A stretch of 64,000 nt of DNA from the human T2T-CHM13v2.0 reference genome, Homo sapiens. Below the pieces are notes generated by a model that saw only the letters and a program-made list of their open reading frames with translations, did no database searches and was not told the origin of the DNA. Where the stretch lies: NCBI RefSeq assembly GCF_009914755.1, contig NC_060930.1, one strand, 5' to 3'. The translations under genes were made by a program, and so were the position numbers. The stretch's first letter is position 1; every line of letters starts with the position of its first letter. Below are positions 1-11,790 of the stretch, in pieces.

Positions 1-1975
1 ATCATGTTACTGAATTAGAAGACTCAGTATATTCAAGGTGTCAATTTACCTCAATGTGTTCTATGGAATCAATATAATTCCAATGAAAATTAGAGCAGAT
101 TTATTCTTTTTGAAAAATAAACAAGCTTATCCTAAAATTTATACAGGAAAACAAGTGACTAAAATAGCCAGAACAACTTAGACAAAGAAAAAGAATTTGA
201 AGGACTCACATTATTCAATACTGATGGCTTACTATAAAGCTGTTCTATTTAAGATACTGTAGCATTGGTGAAAGTATGGTTACATACATCAATGAAGTGG
301 AATAGAGGGCTCATAAATAGACCCGCACAAATAAATCCAATTGTGATTTGGACAAAAGTGCAACAGTAGTACAAGAAAAAGTAGTATATTTAAAAAATGG
401 TACTGAAAATATTGGATAACCATTTATCAAAAATTGAACTTCAACATGTCACACCTGTACAAAATTAAAGTTCAAATAGATTATATGTCTAAATATAAAT
501 CATAAAAATATAAAACTTCTAGGATCAAAGGTGGGTGAAAATCTGTGCAAGTTTGCATAAGGCAGATGTTTTAAAATATAACATCCAAAGCAGGATTCAT
601 TTTCAAAAATGGTAACCAAGACTTCATCTGAATACAGAAATTCTGCCAGGTGAAAGACACTGTTCAGAGAATGAAAAGGTTAGGCACAGACTGGAGAAAA
701 TATTTTCAAGTGATATATCTGAGAAAGGATTATAACCAAAATATCTAAAGAACTCTTAAAAATCAACAATTAGAAAACATAGAAAACAAACAACACAGCT
801 AAAAATAAATAGGATAGCGTTCTGAGCAGAAACATTACCAAAGAAGGTATGTGGATGGACAATAAGCATACAGGAAATGCTCAATTTTATTTGCCTTAGG
901 GAAATGGAAATCAAACCCACAATAAGCTACCACAACACAACTATTGGAATGGCAAAACCAAAACAAAACAATCAATTAAATAAGCAAACAAAACTCTGAC
1001 ATTATCAAATTCTGGCAAGAATTCCAAACAACCAGAACTCTTATTCATTTGTGGCAAGAATAAAAAATGATACAGCTACTTTGTAAAATACGGTGAGGAG
1101 TTTATCATGAAGTTAAACAAAACTTTACTATACAACACAAAAATTCTATTTCTGGAGCTTGACCCTAAATAAAAAGTCTGCATTCTCAAAAATATTCATA
1201 CATGAATTTTTAGAGCAGCATTATTTGTTGTCACCAAAAGCTACAAACAGCCAATATATTCTTTAACAGGTGAAGGGATAATAAACTATGAAACACCTAC
1301 ACACTGAAAGACACTGTAGCAGTAAAAATAAATATACTGTCAATTTGCACAATAACATGGATGCATGTTGAATGTATTTTTCTAAGTGAAATAAATCAGA
1401 CCTAACAGGCTACATTATATGATTCAATTTTTTGTCATTTTGGAAAAGGCAAAATTGTAAAAACAGGAGATATTAGTTGTTGCCAGTGGTTGTAATGGTA
1501 GAAGACTTTACTATAAAAGGGCAGCACAAAAAAAATTTGAGGTGATAAAATAGTTCTATGTGGTACTGTGAGGGTAATTATAGAACCATAAGTGGTGTAA
1601 AACCTCATAAATCTGGACATAAAGGAGAGTAAATTTTAATGTCTGCAAATTTTAGAAAGTTAACCAGGATTTGGGGAAAATCAAAGATGAAATGCAGATT
1701 GCAACAATGATTCTAACTGCATTATAAATAAATGACATAACACATTGAAGAAGGTGGGAAAGAAAAGGAGTGGATCTAGAAACTTTGGAAAACTGTTTTC
1801 ACTGAATACTATAAGGCTAATGATGAAGAGAATAATCTAAAAAAACTGAAGTCTAGGTGGTAAGTTCTGAAACTACTTTACCACACCATAACAAATGTAG
1901 ACACCTATAATGAGAAACAGGTGTACCACTGTTGGGAAAATAAGTTACAAATAAGGAGAGACCTTTGCACAGGAA
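1..1975 (+). mobile_element. Old LINE-1 (L1MC-type, probably L1MC3): degenerate ORF2 C-terminal region and start of 3'UTR; runs off the left edge
   Basis: Degenerate ORF2 motifs (1-90 resemble [30 protein letters not shown]), A-rich + strand, many stops. The L1MC-type 3'UTR resumes after the insertion at ~3870. Boundaries approximate. Confidence 0.8.
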
Positions 1976-1979
1976 AGGC

Positions 1980-3868
1980 ATTAAAGCTGAGAGTTAAATG
2001 AAGAACATAATCCCATTTACAATAGCAACAAAAAATAGAATACCTAGGAATACAGCTACCTAAGAAGGTGGAACATTCTACAAGGAAAACTACAAAACAC
2101 TGCTGAAGGAAATCATAGGTGACACAAAAAAATTAATCATTCCATGCTTATGGATTGGAAGGGTCAATATTATTATAATGGTCAAACTGCCTAAAGCAAT
2201 TTACAGATTCAATGCTATTCCTATTAAACTACATATGTCATTTTTCAAAGACTTAGAAAAAATTATTCTAAAATTCATATGAAACCAAAAAAGAGCCTGA
2301 ATAGAGAAAAAATTATTCTAAAATTCATATGAAACCAAAAAAGACCCTGAATAGAGAAAAAATTATTCTAAAATTCATATGAAACCAAAAAAGAGCCTGA
2401 ATAGTCAAAGCAAATTCTAAGCTAAAGGAATAAAGCTGGAGGCATCACATTACCTGACTTCAAACTATACTAAAAGGCTACAGTAACTGAAACAACCTAG
2501 TAGAGGTCCAAAAACAGACACATAGACCAGTGGAACAGAATACAGAATGCAGAAATAAAGCTTCACACCTACAGCTTTCTGATCTTCCCCAAAGTTGATA
2601 AAAATAAGCAGTGAGGAAAGAACTCTCTATTCAATAAGTGGTGCTGGGAGAGCTAGCTAGCCATATGCGAAAGAATGAAACTGGACTGCTACCTAGCACC
2701 GTATACAAAAATTAACTCTAAATGAATTAAAGATTTAAATGTAAGATTTCAAACTATAAGAATCCTATGAGAAAACCTAGGAAATTGCCTTCTCAATATT
2801 GGCCTTGGCAGATAATTTTTGGCTAAGTCCCCAAAACGAATTGCAACAAAAACAAAAATTGACAAGTTGGACCTAATTAAACTAAAAAGCTTCTGCACAG
2901 CAAAACAAACTATCAACAGAGTAAACAGAAACCCTACAGAATGGAAGAAAATACTTGCAAACTATGCATCTGACAAAGGTCTAATATCTGGAACCCATAA
3001 GGAATTTAAACAATTCAACCAGCAAAAAGCAAATAACCCTATTAAAAAGGGACAAATGACACAAGCAGATACTTCCCAAAAGAAGATATACAAGCAGTCA
3101 ACAAACAAATGAAAAAATGTTCCATGTCACTTATCATCAGAGACATGCAATGAAATACCATCTCACATCAGTCAGAATAGCTATTATTTGAAAAAAAAAA
3201 AAACTAATGCTGGGCCAGGCTGCAGAGAACAGGGAATGCTTATACACTATTGGTGGAAATGTAAATCATTTCACCCACTGTGGAAAACAGTTTGGAAATT
3301 TCTCAAACCTAAAACAGAATGGTCATTCAACCCAGCAATTTCATTACTGGGTACCTATCCAAAAGAAAATAAATCATTATACTAAAATGACACATGCACT
3401 CATACATTCATCACGGCACTATTCACAATAGTAAAGACATGGAATCCACTTAGGTGCCCATCAGTGGTGATTGGATAAAGAAAGTGTGGTCCATATGCAC
3501 CATGAAATACTATGTAGCATTATAAAGAATGAAACTATGTCTTTGCAGGAACTTGGATGGAGCTGGAGGCCATTATCCCAGGCAAACTTAATGCAGAAAC
3601 AGAAAACCAAATACTGCATGTTCTCATAAGTGTGAGCTAAACATTGGGTAAATACAGACATAACGATGGCAACAATAAACACTAGGGACTACTAGATAGG
3701 AGCGGTGGGGAAGGGTTGAAAAATGAACTGTTGGGTACTTTGCTTACTATCTGGGTAGCAGAATGAATCATACTCCAACCTCAGCATCACGCAATATATC
3801 CATGTAACCAGCATGCACATGTAGCCCGTAAATCTAAAATAAAGGTTGAAATTATAAAGAAAAATAAA
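1980..3868 (+). mobile_element. 5'-truncated L1PA15/16-like LINE-1 inserted into the L1MC 3'UTR
   Basis: ORF2 C-terminal remnants (ORF 2819-3112 [17 protein letters not shown]; ORF 3188-3385). 3'UTR 'cctcagcatcacgcaatatatccatgtaacc...ctaaaataaaggttgaaa' followed by an A-rich tail. Confidence 0.85.
2255..2404. repeat. Tandem triplication, 3 x 50 bp, inside L1 ORF2 remnant
   Basis: Unit agaaaaaattattctaaaattcatatgaaaccaaaaaagagcctgaatag at 2255, 2305 and 2355; one G>C difference at 2345. Confidence 0.97.
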
Positions 3869-3869
3869 C

Positions 3870-5272
3870 AGACAAGAAATACTATGTGAACTTATTTTAT
3901 ATATGCATATATGTTCATACATATGCTTATATACACATATATTTGCATAGAAATACACACAGATATAGAAAAAATATATGCTTGTGCGTGCGTGATTACC
4001 ATATATATACAACGTTTGTGTATGCACAAAGGAAGAGATAGACGTATATACATGGTTAGTACAAGCACACACATGTGTATAAATATATCTCCTAGTTCTA
4101 TTTACTAAAAGGGTCTAGAAGCAATAATATTTCAGTAGCAATGAATGCATTAATCTATTTAGATCTTGGTTTCTATAATCCATTTTCCAATTTTTTATAA
4201 AGTGGGCCCCTTGGAGAAATAGTTGATTTTAAGACTGTGGCAGACAAATTACCAGATGCTCCTGGAGTATCTTATAATTCTAGTTAGTAAGAAAGTGCTG
4301 CAAAACCAAAAATATGAGGGCATGTCAAAGGGATATAGGAGTAGATATGAAAGAGCTCCCATTGGCCAAAGCTAAAACAATTAGAAAAATTAAATAAATA
4401 ACCCAATTCTTAAATTATTACCCAGATAAACATCTATGAGTCCCTGTTGAGATAAATGAATATTGATTAAATAAATGGACTGGGGTGAAGATACGACTCT
4501 TTAATATCATTGTACAATATAAATGTAGAGGGAATAAAGGAAATAGAAAAATCACCATTAAAACATTATTGTAATAACTGATTCAAGCAAGTTTCAAAGA
4601 TGTATGATAAAATTAGTGGACAAAGTTTAATGAGAAACTGGATATTTTCATAATCTCAAAGTATCTTCCCCTCTGCCAATATTTATTAAATACAAAAAAG
4701 TTAGCTTACAGTAGAGTGATCAAGTAGATATCACCTTAACCAAGTGATCAAAGTTAACATCCCAGGAGTAAGACATATGAACATCATGTGCCCCTGGTAA
4801 GATACAGTGCAAAGGGTACATGACCTCTGTGACATGCTTGCCAAAAATCCATAAATTCAATCACATCGTGAGATAGCCTCACACAAACCCAAACTGGGGG
4901 ACATTCTGCAAAATACCTGACCTGTATTCTTCCAAAAGTGCCAAGAACATGAAAGACAAGGAAGTACTCAGGGAATCATCACAGATTAAAGGAGACAAAG
5001 GAAACATGACAACTAAGTGCAATGACATTCTGGGTTAGATCCTTAACAGAAAACAGACACTAGTGAAAAGTCTCATAAAATTCAAATAAAGTTGGTAATA
5101 GTTAATAGGATGATACCAATATTAAGTTCTTGGTTTTCATAATTTTATGATAGTTACATAAGGTGTTAACATTGCAGGAAACCTGGATAAGGTTTTACGT
5201 AAACTCTCTATACCATCTTTGCAACTCTTCTGTAAATCTAAAATTATTTAGAAATAAAAAATGTTTTCAAAA
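3870..5272 (+). mobile_element. Continuation of the L1MC(3)-type 3'UTR to its 3' end
   Basis: Typical L1MC 3'UTR blocks 'gaaagagctcccattggccaaagct' and 'caaacccaaactgggggacattctgcaaaata'; terminal 'ttgcaactcttctgtaaatctaaaattatttagaaataaaaa'. Confidence 0.8.
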
Positions 5273-5699
5273 GCCTTCTTAGATCCTGTCATTTTTTGTG
5301 TCTTTACAATTTTGTGACATGTTTAAGAGCTAGAGGTTTATCCATGTGACAAAAGTTCTCATCTATAGATGAAAGGGCAAGTTATTCTCAAGTTGGCCAT
5401 ACCTTTCTCTTTCTAATATTTCTTTTATTTCTCATCAGTTTATAATCTCTGAAAAAAATCCAGTTGTAGGTAAATCAAACAAAATTATTCTTATCATTAT
5501 GTATTGTATTTATTCTATTTTTAAAATTTTGTATTACTGTATATTTTTTCTAGTGCTATACTTGGAACCTGTGGCACTTGATGGATACATTTTTCTAACC
5601 AAGGTTATAAGGGTATTTAAAAAAGAGGAAAAAGACAGCTACAGTTGCTCATTTACTAATTTTTAATGTAATTAAGTTAGTCAGATTTATATTACTATG

Positions 5700-5800
5700 T
5701 GCTGAATTTAGGTTGTGTGTTGAATCAGTTTGCTCATCTGTAAAATGAGAGAGTGGGATTAGATAAACTCTGTGGTGACTTCAGTCTTTAACCATCTGCG
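5700..5800 (+). mobile_element. MIR fragment
   Basis: MIR core 'cagtttgctcatctgtaaaatgag'. Confidence 0.6.
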
Positions 5801-6559
5801 AAACATTACATGTGAATGCTATTGGAAGAGGTTACACTGATTTATGTTGTTTAATTTATTTGGATTTAAGGCCTCTTAAACTTGACATGTAATTTTGAAC
5901 ATTTGCAAATTATTTTGAGTCAAGAGCTTTGGAGACATCTTCATCAGATGGTTGAACCTATTATTCATAGCCTTCCTGTTTAAGTTATTGGCCCCATGGG
6001 TCCAGACATATTTTGTTTATCATCAATGATGACACTACCATTTTCCTACAATTCTGTTGCCATGCAGCTATTTCAAGGACATATTCTGGAGCCAGCCTGT
6101 CTTTGGCTTACTGTTTTACACACCATCTGGAAACTTCAGCTGGTACAGAAGTTTAACCCTTGCTATTTAAAAATAAGTCTCCATTTAGGCTATATGACTA
6201 CCTCCACTATCAAGCAAATATCCTTATTACAAATTCCCCTCCTAGAAGAAGAAGGGATATAGAATGGATACTTAAACAGCCCTATGTGATCCTTTATCTA
6301 AAATATTCTTCTAGAGGCAAAAAATATACATTTTTAACAATAATGAAGAATTGGTTTTTGAAGGACTCCTGTAATGCTCCAGCTGAAAAGTTCATTTTGA
6401 ATGTGAAAAAGTAACTAGTCAGCAAAAATAAAAAAAAATATATAAATGGTTTTCTTTTTGAATTGGCTAGAAGAGGAGCATAAAAAAGAAGAAGAAAAAG
6501 AACCTGGTACTACATGTAAACTCTATGATTAAAAATAATAAAATCACAAGTATTGGACA

Positions 6560-6790
6560 CTGATGAAAGGTTCTCTAGGCAGTGCCTAAATTTGCATTCA
6601 CATACTTCCTTTTCCAAGCTGTGTGGTATTGGACAATTTGGTCAATATCTCTAAAACATACACTTCCTCATCTGTAAAGTGAGGAAAAGTAAAATACTTG
6701 GCTCAATGGCTGTTATAAAAATTAAGTAAGTTCTTTCACCTTAAGCCTTTAACACAACTGTAGGAAACTAAATGTTAACTCTCATTATAG
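6560..6790 (+). mobile_element. MIR
   Basis: 'gctgtgtggtattggacaa...cttcctcatctgtaaagtgagg...aaatgttaact' follows the MIR consensus order. Confidence 0.65.
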
Positions 6791-7065
6791 TTGTGATAAC
6801 AATTCTGATGGTAAATAATGAGAATGCTATCAAGCCATTTGTAGGCTGGTTAGTCACTGGCTTGGTAGCATCCATTTATTAATATATAGTCTTTGAGGTA
6901 GTTACTGTCTTGCTTTTGTAGAGGTAGTATACTGTCACTTTGTCACCTTCTTCACAATTTGAATAGCAACTATTTCAAGTAATTTATCTGCTTAAGAAAA
7001 TTACTAAAGCAATTCAAATCATACCTCTAAGAGACAACAATAAATGGACACAAATGAGACATAAG

Positions 7066-7071
<6 letters not shown>

Positions 7072-7103
<32 letters not shown>
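7072..7103. repeat. (TG)16 microsatellite
   Basis: Perfect 32-bp TG run. Confidence 0.98.
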
Positions 7104-7104
<1 letters not shown>

Positions 7105-8269
7105 CATTCTGAATGTAGTAGAGTAAGAAAAGTGTATTAACTTTGGTAGTAAGATAAGATATCTGTATTATTATTTTTATGCAAAATATAGCTTCTAAAA
7201 CCAGAGGTACCTAATTATTTAGCTGATACATTGTTTATCAAAGCTAGTGATCCAATAAAAGGAGAGTGCACTTCCTACTTCCTTGGTATACTTGGACATC
7301 TTTTCATATCTCACTCACTCAGGACAGCCCTGCAGTGGACATACGGCATTTAATAGGCCCTGGTTACCTCTATGCTAGAGGCAAAACTTCTAAATCATGC
7401 ATTCATTGTTTAGATTGCTGGAATTGTGCCTTGCTCTTGCTTTTTGGTCATATTGATAGCTCTGCTTTTGCATTTGAGATTTGATTCTGTCTCCATGGGC
7501 TTATTGTTTGTGGTAAAAAGAAGGCAGCTCCCTTGCTTAGAAACTTCAGGGATCAATCTTGATTGTTTGAAATGTTTGCTTAAACCTTACTTGCTTAATC
7601 AGGCTTTTAGCTGATTGCTCTACAGTTTAATGTTTGCTTTATGCAGTTCTAGAGGGTACTGTAATAAAGCACTCTATGAATTGCTACTGAAATGTACATT
7701 ACTATCCAGGGGACTTATTTTATTTGGTCATATTCTCATATCTGCATTGGAGCACAGTAGAAAGCATTTAAGGCATTTCTTTTCAAATCACCAAGAAGTT
7801 AAGAAAAATATGAGGTTCCAAGTGGATTTTCTGAAGGAATTCATTAGAGGTGCTTGGAAATTATAGTTTATTTTCTCTCGTAGCTCCACTTAGGTCATAA
7901 TTTTAAAATCCATTAACAATCATCTTGAGGGATATGCTGATATATCTATGAAAAAGAATCAAAAAATGGCAAAACAACCAACAAACCAACCACAGGTTAA
8001 TATCTGTGATATTCACTTATGAGAGAAGTACTCTAAAATTTAATTTAAAAATGTGATTGTCACTCTCAGTCCTCATCTGTAACAATGAGCAAAATAATTG
8101 ATCCAGGAATATACTATATAATTGCTTGAAGTCATCTATTCATATATAAGGGGTTAAAGTTGTTTAATCAAATATTTAAATTAACAAATTCAATTATATG
8201 TAATTTGCATATGTCCAAAGTACATGCAATATTATATCACTTAAATTTAGTGAATAATTTTTTCTTGTT

Positions 8270-8385
8270 GTTCCATGAAGTCAGGGGTTTTGTCTAATGT
8301 ATTCATTGCTGTTATCTACAGTATCCAGAACAATCCCTGGCACATAGAAGTTACACAATAAAGATCTCTTTTATACATAAATGAT
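8270..8385 (+). mobile_element. L2 3'-end fragment
   Basis: 'ttccatgaagtcaggggttttgtc...cctggcacatagaagttacacaataaa' resembles the L2 terminus. Confidence 0.65.
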
Positions 8386-10727
8386 CTAGTATTTAAGGTC
8401 TATAAAGGTTTGCTTCTCGCTGTAAACCTACAGTTACCACAAAATCTGGCCACAGTAGGTGCTCAACAAACCTGGGCCACCTTTAAGTCAGCCCACCTGG
8501 ATACTCCTGCACAGTACAGATCTCCAAGTGGTAGTTGACTTGACACAGCTAATTAGTTCCCATGTAGATTTGTCAGACTTTATACAATTAGTTTTTTAAA
8601 AAATATATTTTTATTTTCAAGGTGATGATACATCTAACAGACAAAATAAATTACTGTGACAAGAAAAAGCCCAGGTTTACTGAAGAATCAAGCAAACTCT
8701 TATCCAATAACACTCAGGTACTATTAAAAGAAAAAATATGCTCGATCATAGTATATACTATGAGTCCTCAAATAATTTTATTTTCTCTTTGAAAAATGTT
8801 ACAATAATGTTTAACTTTATATTCTATCCATACTCTTCTCATGACAGTTTGGTATCTTTTATTTTAAATATACACTGAAAGTATTTGCCATGTGAATGCT
8901 GCCCCATTGGATCTCACCATATATAATTATTATTTTTTTTATATTTCTGTCTACAAAGCATTCCTCAAATCCATATTTTTCTTTGTATTTCACTTTTTAT
9001 TGACCAGTTTATGCCCTGCTTCCCTAGACTAATAAATGACAGAATAGGGACTCAATTTAGGTCTGTTTGACCCTAGAGCACACACTCTTATCCAGTGGTA
9101 CAAAACTGTAATTTCCTCTTCTGTGGACCCTTCTCTAATACTTTAATTTGCACTACGGAAACATTTTGTAACTCTACTAGCAATTATAACGTAAGTTTGT
9201 TAGTTATCATTTATCTTTCTCTGCAAATTATAGTCATCACAGTATAACTTTTGATACAACACCTAGTTCATGATAAGAAATAGCTATCTTTTTTGATAAA
9301 TTAATTAGTTCATTATTTAAGGCTACATTCAATTAATAGAAATCAGAAAACATTATAGGTATGTTTCACAAAGATTTAAATAAAATAAATTTTTCTGAAT
9401 AGTGATAACTAATCATAATGAAAAACTGAGGAGCACAATTAGCTTTCTATATGTTTCCCATTTTCTAAAAATTGGCCTTATAATTTTAGCATGTTCACTC
9501 AAAAGAAAAATAAAACAAAATTCTATAAAAACCCCGTTAGTTCTAGAACAGAAATATAACTCAGATGATCGATATTCATTTAATGCAGTGAATTCAATGT
9601 TATGAACGATTTTAATAAATTGAAAGATCATAGATTCTGATGGTGTTTTGACTTACTTGTTACTCAAATTGGTTAAAAAATATGGATATATGACAACTAC
9701 ATAAGAACCATAATTTTACTGATACACCCACAATATCTTGAGGATTCAAGGAAGTAGGAAGAAGGAATTTCATAGAATTTATTAGAGTCTAATGTGCTGT
9801 GAAAAAAAGTCTTCATGTAAAAGTTTTATTTTTCAACAGAGATTTGATAGAAGAAAAAATGATCTTTGAGTGATGACTATTCTAGGTGAAAGACGGACAT
9901 ATTAATATCTGACTCCAAGATAAATTTTAAATATGTATGCATAAATAGGAATCACTTATTTATTTATTTTAAAAGCAATGATCTTCAGCTAGATGCTGAG
10001 AGCAGGAACATTTATGAGGGAGCGTATTTGAGACAGCTACACCCAGGTAAAAATCCTTACCATCTCTTTACTGCAGAGTCTTAATTTGATGAGAGGCAAA
10101 TGGGAGCTCCGAAAAATCAGACGGCAGTGGTTCTCTGTTCATTACATTGTTGGCTAAAGAGTCTCTTCCAGTATTTACTTTCCTCACCAACAATTCATTC
10201 CTCTCTTCACTTGGAATTTACTCCAGGCATTTTTTACCAAATCTAAGAGTTCAGTAAAAATTTCTCCTCTTCCTCTCTCCTCAGTGTACAGGAGGCAAAC
10301 AGCCCAGAAATTTCCAGTCTCCCATATTCAGGAAGCAGCTTTACAAGCAGTCTAGTATACCTGGTGACCTCCACTGTGACACAGTAGTCAGTCTCCGGCC
10401 CAGAATAGATTAGAATACCAAAATTCTGTCCCTTGCCTTTTGAGGAAGACCTTTATATTCAACAGGGGGCCAAGATCTTCTCCATATCAAGAATAAAGGT
10501 ATCTCAGTATATTTATACTATAAATGCTTGAAAAATATTATTACATAATAATGCCAATTTAGATGACATTTTGACTTGTCTTAATTGAGCATTATATATA
10601 CTTCATCAGTGCACTCAGTTAATTTAAGGTGACCAATTCAGTTTATTTGTGGCAACCAATATGGCTGTCTACTAAATATAAATGAGTCACAAGTTCTGCA
10701 GGTTAGTCTGAATCCTCTAATATTTTA

Positions 10728-10848
10728 CCTCTTAAATTACGTCCTCTGTGCAGCATCAGCCTCACCTGGAGTTTGTTGAAAATGTATAATCTCATTTTCA
10801 CCCTAGTATAGGTGATTTGTGTGAGCGTTAAAAGTTGAAGATGCTCTG
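10728..10848. mobile_element. MER5-like hAT MITE (degenerate)
   Basis: 'gcagcatcagcctcacctggagtttgttgaaaatg' ... 'ggtgatttgtgtgagcgttaaaagttgaagatgctctg', followed by ttctag (Charlie-type target). Confidence 0.55.
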
Positions 10849-10991
10849 TTCTAGGTAGGGCTTCTCTAATTATTCTTGCTGAATGACCAGTTTGCTTTCT
10901 CCATGAGACCCTGACCCAACGATTAGCAACTGATATTTTTGCGAAATAGCATAAAAATAAATTTCTAGAGAAATTAATTGACAGAAGTATT

Positions 10992-11352
10992 TTTTAAATT
11001 TTATTATTATTATACTTTAAGTTGTAGGGTACATGTGCACAATGTGCAGGTTAATTACATATGTATACATGTGCCATGCTGGTGTGCTGCACCCATTAAC
11101 TCATCATTTAGCATTAGGTATATCTCCTAATGCTATCCCTCCCCCCTCCCCACATTAGTCCCCAGAGTGTGATGTTCCTCTTCCTGTGTCCATGTGTTCT
11201 CATTGTTCAATTCCCACCTATGAGCGAGAACATGCGGTGTTTGGTTTCTGACGGGCTTAAAAAATGGTGCACCAGGAGATTATATCCCGCACATGGCTCG
11301 GAGGGTCCTACGCCCACAGAGTCTCGCTGATTCCTAGCACAGCAGTCTGAGA
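10992..11352 (-). mobile_element. Mini L1PA3-like insertion: 3' end (minus strand, 10992-11247) plus inverted 5'UTR/ORF0 segment (plus strand, 11245-11352)
   Basis: Poly(T) and L1PA3-type 3'UTR antisense, then L1 5'UTR sense 'gacgggcttaaaaaatggtgcaccaggagattatatcccgc...cagcagtctgaga'. Imperfect TSD gacagaagtatt (10980-10991) / gacaaaagaatt (11351-11362). Confidence 0.92.
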
Positions 11353-11559
11353 CAAAAGAATTAAAATCATATTTTAAAGTGCCAAGCCATTTCATGTATT
11401 TGTGTACTACATTTAGTTATCTTTCTTTCCTTCATAGTTAAGTGTGACTAAATATGAAAAAGAATAATCATCTGACAAAATAAACTCACAAATAATGAAT
11501 AATATAATAAATAAAAGAAACATAAATAACATTAAACATAACACACCATCCATCCATGA

Positions 11560-11790
11560 AGTGTTTCCATATGCCAAGTATTCACTGTGCTATATACTTT
11601 TACATATTATGTCATTTGAACCTCACAATTCTTTAAGACTAGATTTAATTCACCCATCCATTTTATAGATAAGCAGCCTGAAGTTTAGGTTAAACAATTT
11701 ACCCAAAGTCACACAACTAGAAAGTTATGGATCCTACATTTTAATCAAAATTCTAACTGGCTTGAGAGCCTAAAACTTTTGCCTTTCCTG
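11560..11790 (-). mobile_element. MIR
   Basis: 'ccattttatagataagcag...tttacccaaagtcacacaactag' is the antisense MIR core. Confidence 0.7.

Noticed and set aside
2255-2404. Regular repeats as a CRISPR-like array
   Set aside because: Head-to-tail copies with no spacers, inside L1 in primate DNA.
3890-4090. TA/CA-rich quasi-palindromic tract
   Set aside because: Decayed simple repeat within the L1MC 3'UTR.
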